Assembly: GCA_963745035.1 (NCBI GenBank)
Contig: CAVUVW010000013.1
Coordinates: forward strand, 1,248,001-1,312,000
DNA length: 64,000 nucleotides
Source: an uncultured delta proteobacterium
GTDB taxonomy: Bacteria > Desulfobacterota > Binatia > UBA9968
Direction: 5' to 3'
Each line of letters opens with the position of its first letter. Within the stretch, counting starts at the first letter, position 1. The notes beneath the pieces were generated by a model. The model did no database searches and had not been told where the DNA came from. It worked only from the letters and a program-made list of their open reading frames with translations. The position numbers were made by a program, and so were the translations under genes. Positions 9,584 to 19,671 of this stretch are shown piece after piece.

Positions 9584-11875
9584 TCAAACGCCGGCCGGGA
9601 CGGCCGCTGGAATCGTGACCGCGCTTTGCACGGACCCACGCGCCTTGTTGTGACAGTCGTGCGCGGCGTCGATAAAGAGCTGCGCCTCTTGAAGTAACTG
9701 CACGGCGCGATCGGCGTCCGCGACTTTGCGCGCGCCGAAGAACTCTCTGGCTTTGAATAGGTACTCGGCGAATTTTCCTCCCGCGTATTTGTCCCAGAAA
9801 AGCTGGGTATCGTAAAACCGCGTCGTAAATTCTCCGATGATCTGATCTTCGTCTTCCGACACGTTCGGATTTTGGTCTTTCACCAAGCCCTGCGCGGCGC
9901 GCAGCATCGATGCGTATGCAGCCTTTACCGCTTCCTGCGAGCGGCCGGCGTCGAGCAGCAGCTGCGCTTCGAAGAGCTCGCGCTCGCTGGCCGCCAGGGT
10001 GAACTCGGCTTGGCTGACGACCTCACCCGCGCATTCGCCGACGCCCATATCGGACAAGGTAAACTCCCGCGGATCGCCCCAATCGCTGTAATATGAGCGG
10101 TCGATCTCGTGAGCGGGGATTTTAGTGAGGTCTTCGAGCAAATCCTTGACCGCCTTTTTGCCGATCCGGCCGACGAACTCCTGGAAGCGCTCATCCTTCT
10201 GCCGCCGGCGCAGAAAAAATTCGGTGATGGACGATACCGCCTCGGGTACTCGCTTGGACGGCACGGCGCCGATCGCCACGCCATACTCGCCCGCATTGTC
10301 GTGAAACTTACCGCCGAGAATCACCTGAAAATGCGGCACCTGGAATCCCTTGACGTTGCGGTTGATGCCGTAAAAGCCAATATCGGCGATGTGATGCTGC
10401 CCGCAGGAATTGAAGCAGCCACTGACTTTGATGCGCAGATTCTTGACTGCTTCGTCGAGTTCCAAGCTTTTTTCGCCCAAGCGATAGCGCAGCTCGCGCG
10501 CCAATCCGCGCGACGACGCGATCCCCAGTTTGCACGTGTCCGTGCCCGGGCAGGAGGTTACGTCCACGATCGTCGCCGCGTCAGCCGCGCCAAGGCCGAT
10601 GGCTCTGACCGCCTGGTAAAACTCCGGCAGATCGGCTTCGCTCACCCAACGGAACAAAATATTTTGCTCCACGGTCGTGCGCAACGTGTCCTTGACGAAA
10701 CGGCGCGCGATGTCGGCGAGGGCGCGCATTTGATCGGCGCTGGCGTCGCCCAAGGGCAAGCTCACCGTCGCGGCGACGTAGCCGGGCTGTCTTTGCTTAT
10801 AAACGTTGGTCTTATACCAGGCGTCGAATCCCTCGGGCCGCTTGTGACCGTTGAGACTCACTCCGGAACGAAGCGGCTGCTCGCTTTGGTCGTTTACGGA
10901 GGCGAGGAATTCAGTCCAGCGCGGATCGGGCGGCAGCTTCTGCCGCTCTTCCAGTACCAAGCGCCGAAATTCATCGATCCCCAGATGCGCGATCAAGAAT
11001 TTAATGCGTGCTCGGGCGCGGTTGCGCTTTTCGCCGAGCCGGGCGAATACACGCGAGATCGCCTGCATCGTCGGCAGTAACTCTTCTTCCGGCAGAAACT
11101 CATCGAAGAGCTTCGCCTTGTACGGCACCGAGCCTAGACCGCCGCCGACATAGAATGCAAAGCCGCGCTTCACGTTGCCGTTGACGACTCTTGTCTTAGC
11201 GATGGCGCCCATGTCGTGCATGGTCACCAAGCCGCAAGGATTCTGCTCGCAGCCGGAAAACGCGACCTTCACTTTGCGTCCGAAGTCCTGAGTATCGGGG
11301 TGGCCCATCAAAAATTTTGAGCAGGCCTTCGCGTAGGGCGTCGTATCGAACGTTTCTTCATGGCAGATTCCCGCGAGCGGGCAGGCCGTAACATTGCGCA
11401 CCACATTGCCGCAGGCTTCGCGCGTCGTAATGCCGACGGCGGCGAGCCGGCGCATGAGAGCCGGCGTGTCGTTGATGTGCACGTAGTGAAACTGAACGTC
11501 CTGGCGCGTGGTGATGTGCGATACGCCGTCGGCGTATTCCTCGGAAAGATCGGCCAAAGTTTCCAACTGCTCCGGGGTGATGCCGCCGAAGGGAATCTTG
11601 ATGCGCATCATGCCGGGCGCATCCCAAAAAGTATCCGGCCCTTTGATCATCTCGCGGAATTTGAGCTTCTGCACGCGTTTGCCGTCGTGGCGCTGGCCGT
11701 TGTCGTAGCGTTGGCCATAGATCCCGCGCCGCAGGCGGGTCTCGGCGAAGACTTTTTCGTCGATCTTGCCCTGCTTGCGCAGCTCCATCTGCTGCTCGAA
11801 GATGTCGATCTCGCGCCCGAGCTCGGCGGGAATCTTGTCCGCAAGTTTTTCTTTCCAGCTTAGGCTCGGCGTCAT
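9584..11875 (-). CDS. Siroheme/[4Fe-4S] sulfite (or nitrite) reductase hemoprotein with C-terminal HEPN-like helical extension
   Basis: MMRIKIPFG, HITTRQDVQ, REACGNVVRN; ligand motifs CPGTDTCKLG and SGCFNSCGQH; GAGGAG RBS before MTPSL; cys cluster context favours sulfite. Confidence 0.9.
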   Translation of the reverse strand: MTPSLSWKEKLADKIPAELGREIDIFEQQMELRKQGKIDEKVFAETRLRRGIYGQRYDNGQRHDGKRVQKLKFREMIKGPDTFWDAPGMMRIKIPFGGITPEQLETLADLSEEYADGVSHITTRQDVQFHYVHINDTPALMRRLAAVGITTREACGNVVRNVTACPLAGICHEETFDTTPYAKACSKFLMGHPDTQDFGRKVKVAFSGCEQNPCGLVTMHDMGAIAKTRVVNGNVKRGFAFYVGGGLGSVPYKAKLFDEFLPEEELLPTMQAISRVFARLGEKRNRARARIKFLIAHLGIDEFRRLVLEERQKLPPDPRWTEFLASVNDQSEQPLRSGVSLNGHKRPEGFDAWYKTNVYKQRQPGYVAATVSLPLGDASADQMRALADIARRFVKDTLRTTVEQNILFRWVSEADLPEFYQAVRAIGLGAADAATIVDVTSCPGTDTCKLGIASSRGLARELRYRLGEKSLELDEAVKNLRIKVSGCFNSCGQHHIADIGFYGINRNVKGFQVPHFQVILGGKFHDNAGEYGVAIGAVPSKRVPEAVSSITEFFLRRRQKDERFQEFVGRIGKKAVKDLLEDLTKIPAHEIDRSYYSDWGDPREFTLSDMGVGECAGEVVSQAEFTLAASERELFEAQLLLDAGRSQEAVKAAYASMLRAAQGLVKDQNPNVSEDEDQIIGEFTTRFYDTQLFWDKYAGGKFAEYLFKAREFFGARKVADADRAVQLLQEAQLFIDAAHDCHNKARGSVQSAVTIPAAVPAGV

Positions 11876-11911
11876 AAAAATCTCCTCGAAGCGATGACAC
11901 ATCTAAGTTAG

Positions 11912-11929
11912 TTGATGTTTTTAGTCAGA
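11912..11929. promoter_or_regulatory. Candidate Rrf2-family operator upstream of the sulfite reductase (TTGATGTTTTTAGTCAGA)
   Basis: Near-identical to 7811-7828 and at a similar distance (about 35 nt) from the start codon. Confidence 0.6.
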
Positions 11930-11952
11930 AATAACGTCAAAAAATTTTCGCG

Positions 11953-12387
11953 TCAGATGTAATACATCAGCGCGGGTGCTTCCGGCTTGCAGAGATCAGC
12001 CAAAGTGGTTTCTTCCAAAACCGTCTCCATCGCGCGCGCGCCGCGAGACCACGTCTCGATCAAGCGCTGCGTGATTCTCGACACCGATCGGCCATGCATC
12101 TGCGCTTTCAACTCGAAGCCGCCGTCGGGGCCTTCCAACACGGAAAGAATTTCCTTGACGGAAATCGTTTCCGGCGGTCGAGCGAGAACGTAACCGCCCG
12201 ATGGGCCGCGCGCGGCATTGACCAAATGACCGCGCTTGAGAAGCACCATGATCTGACCCAGGTACTGCAGCGGGATCTGCTGGTTGCCTGCGATCTCTTT
12301 CACTTGCACCGCGCGCCGTTGGCGATAGTTGTCCGCCAGTTCCGCGAGCGCAAGCAACCCGTAATGGCCCTTTGAGCTAACCTTCAT
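11953..12387 (-). CDS. Rrf2 family transcriptional regulator (CymR-like, lacks the IscR Cys triad)
   Basis: MKVSSKGHYGL, YLGQIM, RGPSGGYVLARPPETISV, LEG, TLADL; single Cys near the C-terminus. Confidence 0.9.
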   Translation of the reverse strand: MKVSSKGHYGLLALAELADNYRQRRAVQVKEIAGNQQIPLQYLGQIMVLLKRGHLVNAARGPSGGYVLARPPETISVKEILSVLEGPDGGFELKAQMHGRSVSRITQRLIETWSRGARAMETVLEETTLADLCKPEAPALMYYI

Positions 12388-12414
12388 TCAGCGCGTCCGC
12401 CACGACATGGTTGG

Positions 12415-12443
12415 ATCTTAAGTAAGACGATCGGATATGTCAA
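12415..12443 (-). promoter_or_regulatory. Sigma70-type promoter for the Rrf2 gene
   Basis: Minus strand reads TTGACA-17 nt-TAAGAT, ending 27 nt upstream of the ATG. Confidence 0.7.
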
Positions 12444-12592
12444 CAACACTAGAATCCGCTTCCGGTGCCCCCGCAGAGAAGGAATATTTTGGCATTGAAA
12501 CCGGCGGTTGCGCGTTCCTACGGCTTGCCGCTATATTCGCGGAAAATCGAGTATTAGCGCGGTCGGGGAGTAATTTCTTGGAGGTCAGCTTT

Positions 12593-13624
12593 ATGATGTC
12601 GCGAAGCAAAACCGTCACCTTGACTGCCCTATTTTCATTGCTTGTAGCGGTTTCGGCCTATGCGGCGGCGGCTTCCGGAGAGGTCATCATCACCCATGCG
12701 AGCATGAGCACGTCGTCGATCCCATTGTGGGTCGCGCAGCGGCAAAATTTCTTCGCGAAGTACGGGGTTAAAGCGAAAAGCGTGTGGGTGCGCGGCAACC
12801 CGGCGCAGATCGCCACTCTCGTTTCCGGCGACACCCAGATTGCCTACGGCGGCGCGACCACCGCGCTCGCCGCCGCTGTCGGCGGCAGGGACATGAAAAT
12901 CATCGCCAGCCTCAGCAGCCGCGAAAATCTCGATTTGGTCGCCCGGCCGGGCATCAACAGCGCCAAAGACTTGCGTGGCAAACGCTTCGGCATTCAAAGT
13001 GTGGGCGGGGGTGTTTGGAAAACCGCCACCGTCTGGCTCGAGCATTTCGGCATGGATGAGCGGCGCGACAATATTCAAATGATCGTCATCGGCGACGTGA
13101 CGATCCTCAGCCAGTCGCTCGAAAGCGGTCTGATCGATGCCACCGTCGTGCCGGGATACTTGAGCCGGCGACTGGCGGAAAAAGGATTTGTCGTGCTCGG
13201 CCGCTGCGAACAGACCCGGCTTACTTCGGTCGGCATGACCGTGCTGGTGGAGAGACCGTACCTCCAGCAGAATGCCGAGACCTTGCAAGGTGTCATGAAG
13301 GCGTTGGTCGAAGGCATGGTGTTGATCGCGAGCCCGAAGCACAAACCCGCCGTGATCGAGACCATCATGAAACAGTTCAAAATGACCGATGTCGCGCCGG
13401 CTGAAGGCGCCTACCAGGACGTGGTCACCCTCGTGCGGATGGAGGAATATCGCAAGCCGTATGTGTCCATGGACGCTATGAGAACCTTGCAGCGTCTGCT
13501 AAAAACTCAAAATCCAAAAATCGGCGACATCAAGGTTGAACATCTAGTCGATTCGAGCGTCGTCAAAAGACTCGACGATAGCGGCTTCTTCGAGAAGCTT
13601 TATGCCGAATACGGAGTGAGGTAG
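12593..13624 (+). CDS. ABC-type substrate-binding protein, SsuA/THI5/NMT1-like
   Basis: GGAGG RBS; signal peptide; PLWVAQRQNFFAKYG, DLRGKRFG, VDSSVVKRLDDSGF. Confidence 0.85.
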   Translation: MMSRSKTVTLTALFSLLVAVSAYAAAASGEVIITHASMSTSSIPLWVAQRQNFFAKYGVKAKSVWVRGNPAQIATLVSGDTQIAYGGATTALAAAVGGRDMKIIASLSSRENLDLVARPGINSAKDLRGKRFGIQSVGGGVWKTATVWLEHFGMDERRDNIQMIVIGDVTILSQSLESGLIDATVVPGYLSRRLAEKGFVVLGRCEQTRLTSVGMTVLVERPYLQQNAETLQGVMKALVEGMVLIASPKHKPAVIETIMKQFKMTDVAPAEGAYQDVVTLVRMEEYRKPYVSMDAMRTLQRLLKTQNPKIGDIKVEHLVDSSVVKRLDDSGFFEKLYAEYGVR

Positions 13625-13672
13625 CCCGCCATCGGAATTAGGATGGATCGCAAACGATGGAGGCCAGGCACA

Positions 13673-14725
13673 ATGATCTCGAAAAGATCTTGGTTTAGAC
13701 TCGTCTTGCTCGGCTTGATCTTGGACAGCACAGCCGCTTACAGCCAAGATAATTTTTATAAGGGCAAAACCATCCGCTTCATCGTCGCCTACGAGCCGGG
13801 CGGCGGCTTCGATGTTTACACTCGCACCATCGCGCGCCACTTCGGCAAGCATATTCCCGGCAATCCGACGACGCTTGTCGAAAACATGACCGGCGCCGTC
13901 GGCATGATTGCGGCAAATTATCTTTACCATCAAGCGAAACCGGATGGGCTGACGATCGGTCATTTCGTCGGCACGCTGGTGTTGCAACAAGTGCTTGGAA
14001 ATGAGGCGGCGAAATTTGACGGCCGCAAGTTCGGCTGGCTCGGGGTGCCGGTGGCCGACCATGGCGTCTGCGCGTTGACGAAAGCGAGCGGAATCAGCAG
14101 CCTCGAAGGATGGCTCGCGAGCAAAGAGCCGGTGAAAATGGGCGGTCATGGACCGGGCGGCGTTACCTCCGACACGGCGCGCATTCTGCGGCAAGCGATC
14201 GGCCTGCCCGTTCGCGTCATCGATGGTTATAAGTGCACCGGGCCAATCCGTCTCGCCGCCGAATCCGGCGAAGTGGCGGGCGCTTGCTGGGCATGGGAGT
14301 CGATGAAACCAACCTGGGCGACCGGCTTCGAAACCGGCCAGGTCAAAGTGTTGCTGCAGACATCGCTCAAAGGCCATCCTGATCTCAAAGACGTTCCCAT
14401 CGCCATCAATCACGCCAAGACCAAAGACGCGCGCCAGCTGTTGGAGATCCTTGACCATGCCTTCGGCACAAGCTTTCGCAGCTACTCGACGCCGCCAGGA
14501 ACCCCGAAAGATCGCCTCGCCGTCCTGCAAACGGCCTTCATGGCTACCATGAAAGATCCCGAGTTCCTCGCCGACGCCAAAAAAGCGCGTCTTGAAATCG
14601 CCCCCATCGACGGGCCATCCACCGGCAAGACCCTCGCCGGCTTTTACGATCTGGATAAATCCATGGTCGCCACACTGAAAAAAATCTTGCTCGGCGACGT
14701 GAGCGGAAGGGATACCCCGCAATGA
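13673..14725 (+). CDS. Tripartite tricarboxylate transporter substrate-binding protein (TctC/Bug family)
   Basis: FYKGKTIRFIV, PGGGFD, VENMTGA, KPDGLTIG, PPGTPKDR. Confidence 0.88.
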   Translation: MISKRSWFRLVLLGLILDSTAAYSQDNFYKGKTIRFIVAYEPGGGFDVYTRTIARHFGKHIPGNPTTLVENMTGAVGMIAANYLYHQAKPDGLTIGHFVGTLVLQQVLGNEAAKFDGRKFGWLGVPVADHGVCALTKASGISSLEGWLASKEPVKMGGHGPGGVTSDTARILRQAIGLPVRVIDGYKCTGPIRLAAESGEVAGACWAWESMKPTWATGFETGQVKVLLQTSLKGHPDLKDVPIAINHAKTKDARQLLEILDHAFGTSFRSYSTPPGTPKDRLAVLQTAFMATMKDPEFLADAKKARLEIAPIDGPSTGKTLAGFYDLDKSMVATLKKILLGDVSGRDTPQ

Positions 14726-15561
14726 GCATCGATACGCAGCTTCTCGACTTCAAAACCAGCGATAACGAAACGCTGCACGGCCTGCTGTTTTCACCGCGCG
14801 AGCGTAAATCCGATCTCGCTCTGCTGCTGGTACACGGTGTCGCGATGAATTTTTATTTGCCGCCCCTGCCGACTTTCGGTCAGGCTCTCGCCGAACAGGG
14901 TTATCACTGCTTCGTCATCAACACCCGCGGTCACGATTGGATCAACCGCGCCGGCAGCGATCTTTTCGATTTTTGCGGCGCCACCTACGAAAAATTCGAG
15001 GACAGCGCCAAAGATTACGACGGTGCCCTCGAAAAACTCGCCGCGCAGGGTTATAAGCGCTTTGTTCTAATTGGCCATAGCCTCGGCTGCATAAAATCGC
15101 TTCTCTACCAGGGGACGCGGCGGCGCGGCGATGTCGTCGGCGTGGTTTCCTGTTCATGCCCGAAGCAATTCTATTCGGCTCGGGCCGCCGAGCAGCCTGA
15201 GTTCAAGGGAATCATGGAGCAAGCCGAAGCGATGGTTTCCCAGGGGAAAGGCCGGGAATTTCTCTGGGCCATGGCGAGCGGCGCGCGGGCGCTTTTCTCC
15301 GCCGCCACCTACGTCAACAAATACGGCAAGCATGAGAACAACGATGTGCGACCGCACGCCGGCCGGCTGGGCTGCCCGCATCTCGCCATCGCCGGCGGCG
15401 CGGAACATCCGTTCTTTCCGATATACGCCAAAGAACTGGCGGAAGCAGGCGGGACCAGTGCCAGCTACAAAATCGTGCCCGGCTCGGATCATTTCTATCA
15501 CGGCCATGAAACTGAAGTGATTGGCATCCTCTCCGACTGGCTAAAACAGTTTAAGCCTTGA
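14722..15561 (+). CDS. Alpha/beta hydrolase (paralog 1)
   Basis: HG oxyanion motif, GHSLG nucleophile elbow, C-terminal GSDHFY. Confidence 0.85.
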   Translation: MSIDTQLLDFKTSDNETLHGLLFSPRERKSDLALLLVHGVAMNFYLPPLPTFGQALAEQGYHCFVINTRGHDWINRAGSDLFDFCGATYEKFEDSAKDYDGALEKLAAQGYKRFVLIGHSLGCIKSLLYQGTRRRGDVVGVVSCSCPKQFYSARAAEQPEFKGIMEQAEAMVSQGKGREFLWAMASGARALFSAATYVNKYGKHENNDVRPHAGRLGCPHLAIAGGAEHPFFPIYAKELAEAGGTSASYKIVPGSDHFYHGHETEVIGILSDWLKQFKP

Positions 15562-15582
15562 CATAAATGGCTTTTGCTTCGA

Positions 15583-16419
15583 ATGAACTTCCAAACCGAA
15601 ATCTGCACGTTCAAAACCGCCGATAACGAGCGGCTCCATGGAGCGCTCTTCACGCCTGAGGAAACGCCATCCGACCTCGCGCTGCTCTTCGTCCACGGCG
15701 TCGCGATGAATTTTTATTTGCCGCCGCTTTTCACGTTCGGCAAAGAGCTGGCGGGCCGCGGCTTTCACAGCTTTGTCATCAACACCCGCGGCCATGACTG
15801 GATTTCCCGCGCCGGCAACCTGACGAAATTCGGCGGCTCGGCCTACGAAAATCTTGAAGACTGCCTTCCCGATCTCGATGGGGCGTTGGACTATTTGAAG
15901 CAAGCCGGCTATCGCCGAATGATTCTCATCGGCCACAGCCTCGGCGCGATCAAGTCGATCATCTATCAAGGCACGCGCCGCCGCCCGGACGTGATTGGCA
16001 TCGTTTCCTGTTCGGCGCCGCGGCAATTTTATTCCGAGCGGGTAGCGCGGCAACCACGGTTTCGCGAGCTCATCGAAAAAGCCGAAGCGATGGTGGCCCA
16101 AGGCAAAGGCGAAGAGTTGATCCCCGTCGGCGTCGGCTCGACTCCGGGCATCTTTACCGCGCGCTCCCACGTCAACAAATACGGCCGCGACGACAACAAC
16201 GACTGCCGTCCCTACGCCAAGCATCTCGGCTGCCCCCTGCTCGCCATCGTCGGTAGCGCCGAGCCCAAATTCTTTTGGGAGTATGCGCAGGAGATCGTCG
16301 CCGCCGCCGGACCGAACGGCACCTGCCGTCTCGTCGACGGCGCTAATCATTTTTACAATCGCCACACGTCGGAAATCGTCGAAATCATTTATGAATGGTT
16401 GGGCCAAGTAGTTGACTAG
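15583..16419 (+). CDS. Alpha/beta hydrolase (paralog 2)
   Basis: Same HGVAMNFYLPPL, NTRGHDWI, GHSLG and HFY motifs as the upstream gene. Confidence 0.85.
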   Translation: MNFQTEICTFKTADNERLHGALFTPEETPSDLALLFVHGVAMNFYLPPLFTFGKELAGRGFHSFVINTRGHDWISRAGNLTKFGGSAYENLEDCLPDLDGALDYLKQAGYRRMILIGHSLGAIKSIIYQGTRRRPDVIGIVSCSAPRQFYSERVARQPRFRELIEKAEAMVAQGKGEELIPVGVGSTPGIFTARSHVNKYGRDDNNDCRPYAKHLGCPLLAIVGSAEPKFFWEYAQEIVAAAGPNGTCRLVDGANHFYNRHTSEIVEIIYEWLGQVVD

Positions 16420-16459
16420 CGCGGCGAGTAACGCCGGTCGCTGATCACTGGAGGCGCGA

Positions 16460-17483
16460 GTGGCCAATCTTTTGCTGATTCTCATAGTTTTCCTGTCGCT
16501 GACTTCTTCCGACCCCGCTGAATCCGCCGCGCCGCCGAAGCTTATCGTCGGCTACGCCGCCATGAGCGCGCGCGTGGTCCCGCTCTGGATCGCCGAGGAA
16601 CAGGGAATCTTGAGCAAGCACGGCATCGATTCCGAGCAGGTTTTCATCCGCGGCGCGCCGACTCTTGGTTGCCGGCTTGGCGTCGGGCGACATTTCCATC
16701 GGCAGCACCGGCGGCAGCGCCATGCTGGCGGCTGTCGCAGCCGGTCACGATTTGAAAATGGTCGCCGCCTTTTCCAGCCGCAACACCTACGACCTCGTGA
16801 CGCGATCATCGATCAAAAGGCCGGAAGATTTGCGGGGCAAGCGTTTCGGCGTCACCAGCATCGGCGGCACCGTTTGGATGGGGATCATGCTTTGGCTCGA
16901 GCATTTCGGCCTCGATGAGCAGCGCGACAAAATCCAGCTCCAGGTGATCGGCGATCAGAGCATCCAGATGCAGGCCCTCGAGAACGGCACGATCGACGCG
17001 GCCGTGCTCGATGGCGTCTACAGCCGCCGCTTGAAGCAAAAGGGCTTCAACATTACGGGTGAATATTCCGAGCTCAAACATTTATTCATTAGCCAGGCGA
17101 TCGTCGTCCAAACCAAATTCCTGCAGCAGCGCTCCGAGCTCTTGGAGAATCTCTTGAGAGCGCAAGTGGAAGCAATCGCCTTTTCCCTCGCGCCGAAAAA
17201 CAAAGCGATCGTTATCAAAACGTTCATGCGCCGACTTAGGACCGATGCGGCGGCGGCGGAAGAAGGCTACGCCGATCTGCACCGAGCAATGGACCGAAAG
17301 CCTTACCCTTCTCCAGACGGACTGCGTAACGTTCAGCGCCTGATGGCGCTCAGAAGTCCGAAAGTCGGCGAGCTCAAGATCGAGAACGTCATCGACAGCC
17401 GCATCATTCGCAAACTCGACGAAAGCGGCTTCATCGATCGCGCCTATGCGGCGCAGGGCGTCAGCTTGAAACCATTAGCGTGA
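16460..17483 (+). CDS. ABC-type substrate-binding protein, SsuA/THI5-like; frameshift near 16665
   Basis: Two overlapping ORFs join at FIRGAPTL/VAGLASG; GGAGG RBS. Confidence 0.85.
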
Positions 17484-17543
17484 GGCGGGGCTTTCTTCGG
17501 GAGCAACGCATAACCGAATCGACTGCCAAGGAGGAGTAACCCT

Positions 17544-18591
17544 ATGAAGAGCGCGCAACCCGGCAAAGTCTGTCGATTCTTTTTCGTTCTGCTCGCCTTG
17601 ATCGCGGTACAAGCCTTCCATCCCTTCCATGCTCTCGGCGCCGCGGCGCCGGGTAAATATGCTGTCGGCTACGCCACCTTCACCGCGCGCATCGTGCCGC
17701 TCTGGCTCGCCCAAGAGCAGGGATTCTTTACCAAGTACGGCGTCGACGTGGAACCCATTTTCATCCGCGGTGCGCCGACCTTGGTCGCCGGCCTTGCCGC
17801 CAGCAGCATTCACATCGGCCGCACAGGCGGCAGCGCCATGCTCGCGGCGGTCGCCGCCGGCCATGACTTCAAAGTTCTCGCCGCCTTCAACACGCGCAAC
17901 ACTTACGATCTCGTCGTGCGCCCGAACGATCAAGCGGGGCGAAGATCTGCGCGGCAAAACTTTCGCGGTCACCAGCATCGGCGGCACCAGTTGGATGGGC
18001 GTCTTGCTTTGGCTCGAACATCTTGGCCTGGATCAGCAGCGCGACAACATCCGCTTTCAAGTCATCGGCGATCAGGCCGTGCAGGTTCAATGCGTCGAGA
18101 ACGGCCTGTGCGACGCGGCGGCCGTGGATGGCGTCTTTACCAAGCAGCTCAAACAAAAAGGTATGACCGTGCTCGGCGAATACACCGATCTCAAATCGTT
18201 GCTGATCGGACAGTCGATGGTGGTTCCGAGTGCCATGCTGCAGCAGCGTCCGGATATCGCCGAAGGTTATTTAAAGGGCGAGATCGAGGCGTTGGCCTTT
18301 TCTCTGGCACCGAAGAACAAGCCGGTGGTTCTCAAAACTCTCGCCCGCTGGCTCAAAATCGATGCGGCCGGCGCCGAGGACGCTTATCTCGATCTGGTTC
18401 GCGGCGTCGATCGAAAACCTTTCGCGTCCCTCGAAGGTTTGCGCAATGCCCAGCGATTCTTGCGATCGCGCAACCCGAAAGTCGGTGAAGTCAAAGCTGA
18501 AGACGTCATCGACAGCCGTCTCATGCGCAAGCTCGACGAGAGCGGCTTCATCGACAAAATGTACGCAAGCTACGGCGCGAGTCTGAAATAA
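17544..18591 (+). CDS. ABC-type substrate-binding protein, SsuA/THI5-like; frameshift near 17926
   Basis: Close paralog of the preceding gene; ORFs 17544 and 17629 join at DLVVRP/IKRGEDLRGK; AGGAGG RBS. Confidence 0.85.
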
Positions 18592-18614
18592 GCGAATTTT
18601 CCAGGAGAATATAA

Positions 18615-19640
18615 ATGCTCCGTCAAACTCTCACCTTTGGAATCGTCATCATCGCGTTAGTCTTGAACTCGATGCCTAGTTTTGCCCAGGAAACCTTTTT
18701 CAAAGGCAAAACCATGCGCATCATCGTCGGCGGGCCTCCCGGCGGCGGCTTCGATACTTACGCGCGCATGATCGCGCGGGTCATGCCCAAACATATTCCC
18801 GGCGCGCCGACGATCATCGTGGAGAATATGCCGGGCGCCGGCATGATGATCGCCGCCAACCATGTTTACAAAGTCGCGAAACCCGACGGCCTAACGATCG
18901 GGCACTTCACCGGTAGTCAAACGATCAGTCAAGTTTTGAATCAGCCCGGCGTCGAGTTCGACATGCGCAAATTCTATTATCTCGGCGCGCCGACTGCCGA
19001 TCATTTCTCCTGCGCATTTACCAAAGCCAGCGGCATCACCAGCGCGGACATCTGGCTCAAGCTCAAGCGGCCGGCAAAGATGGGCGCGGTCGGCCCGGGA
19101 AATTTAACCGACAATACTTTGCGCGTGCTCAGCACATCGACGAATTTTCCAATACAGCTGATTTCAGGATACAAAGGGACCGCCCCTGTGCGGCTCGCGA
19201 TGGAAGCGGGCGAGCTCGACGGCTCGTGTTGGGGCTGGGACTCGATCAAGTCGACCTGGGCCAGAGCGTTGGAATCCGGCGAGGGTATCGTCGTGCTCCA
19301 AGCCGCGCCCAAACCGCACCCGGATTTGCCGAAGGTGCCACTGATGATCAATTTCGGTAAGGACCAAGACGCCAAACAGATGATCGATGTCGTTATTCAC
19401 GGCGGCAATATTTTCGAGCGGACATATTTGCTGCCGCCTGGGGTGCCGAAGGATCGTGCGCAACTCCTCAGGCAGGCGCTCGCGAGAACTCTGCAGGACT
19501 CCGATTTTCTCGCTGATGCCGGCAAAGCGAGGCTAGGTGTCGCTCCGATCACCGGCGATGAGTTGGAACGTCGAGTCAACGCGTTTTTCAAACTACCCGA
19601 CGATCTGAAGGCGAAAATGAAGCGGGTTCTGTACGACTAG
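18615..19640 (+). CDS. TctC/Bug family substrate-binding protein
   Basis: FFKGKTMRIIVG, PGGGFD, ENMPGAG, KPDGLTIG, PPGVPKDR. Confidence 0.88.
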   Translation: MLRQTLTFGIVIIALVLNSMPSFAQETFFKGKTMRIIVGGPPGGGFDTYARMIARVMPKHIPGAPTIIVENMPGAGMMIAANHVYKVAKPDGLTIGHFTGSQTISQVLNQPGVEFDMRKFYYLGAPTADHFSCAFTKASGITSADIWLKLKRPAKMGAVGPGNLTDNTLRVLSTSTNFPIQLISGYKGTAPVRLAMEAGELDGSCWGWDSIKSTWARALESGEGIVVLQAAPKPHPDLPKVPLMINFGKDQDAKQMIDVVIHGGNIFERTYLLPPGVPKDRAQLLRQALARTLQDSDFLADAGKARLGVAPITGDELERRVNAFFKLPDDLKAKMKRVLYD

Positions 19641-19671
19641 ACGTCTCGTCTAGACGTCCATAAGCGGAGGA

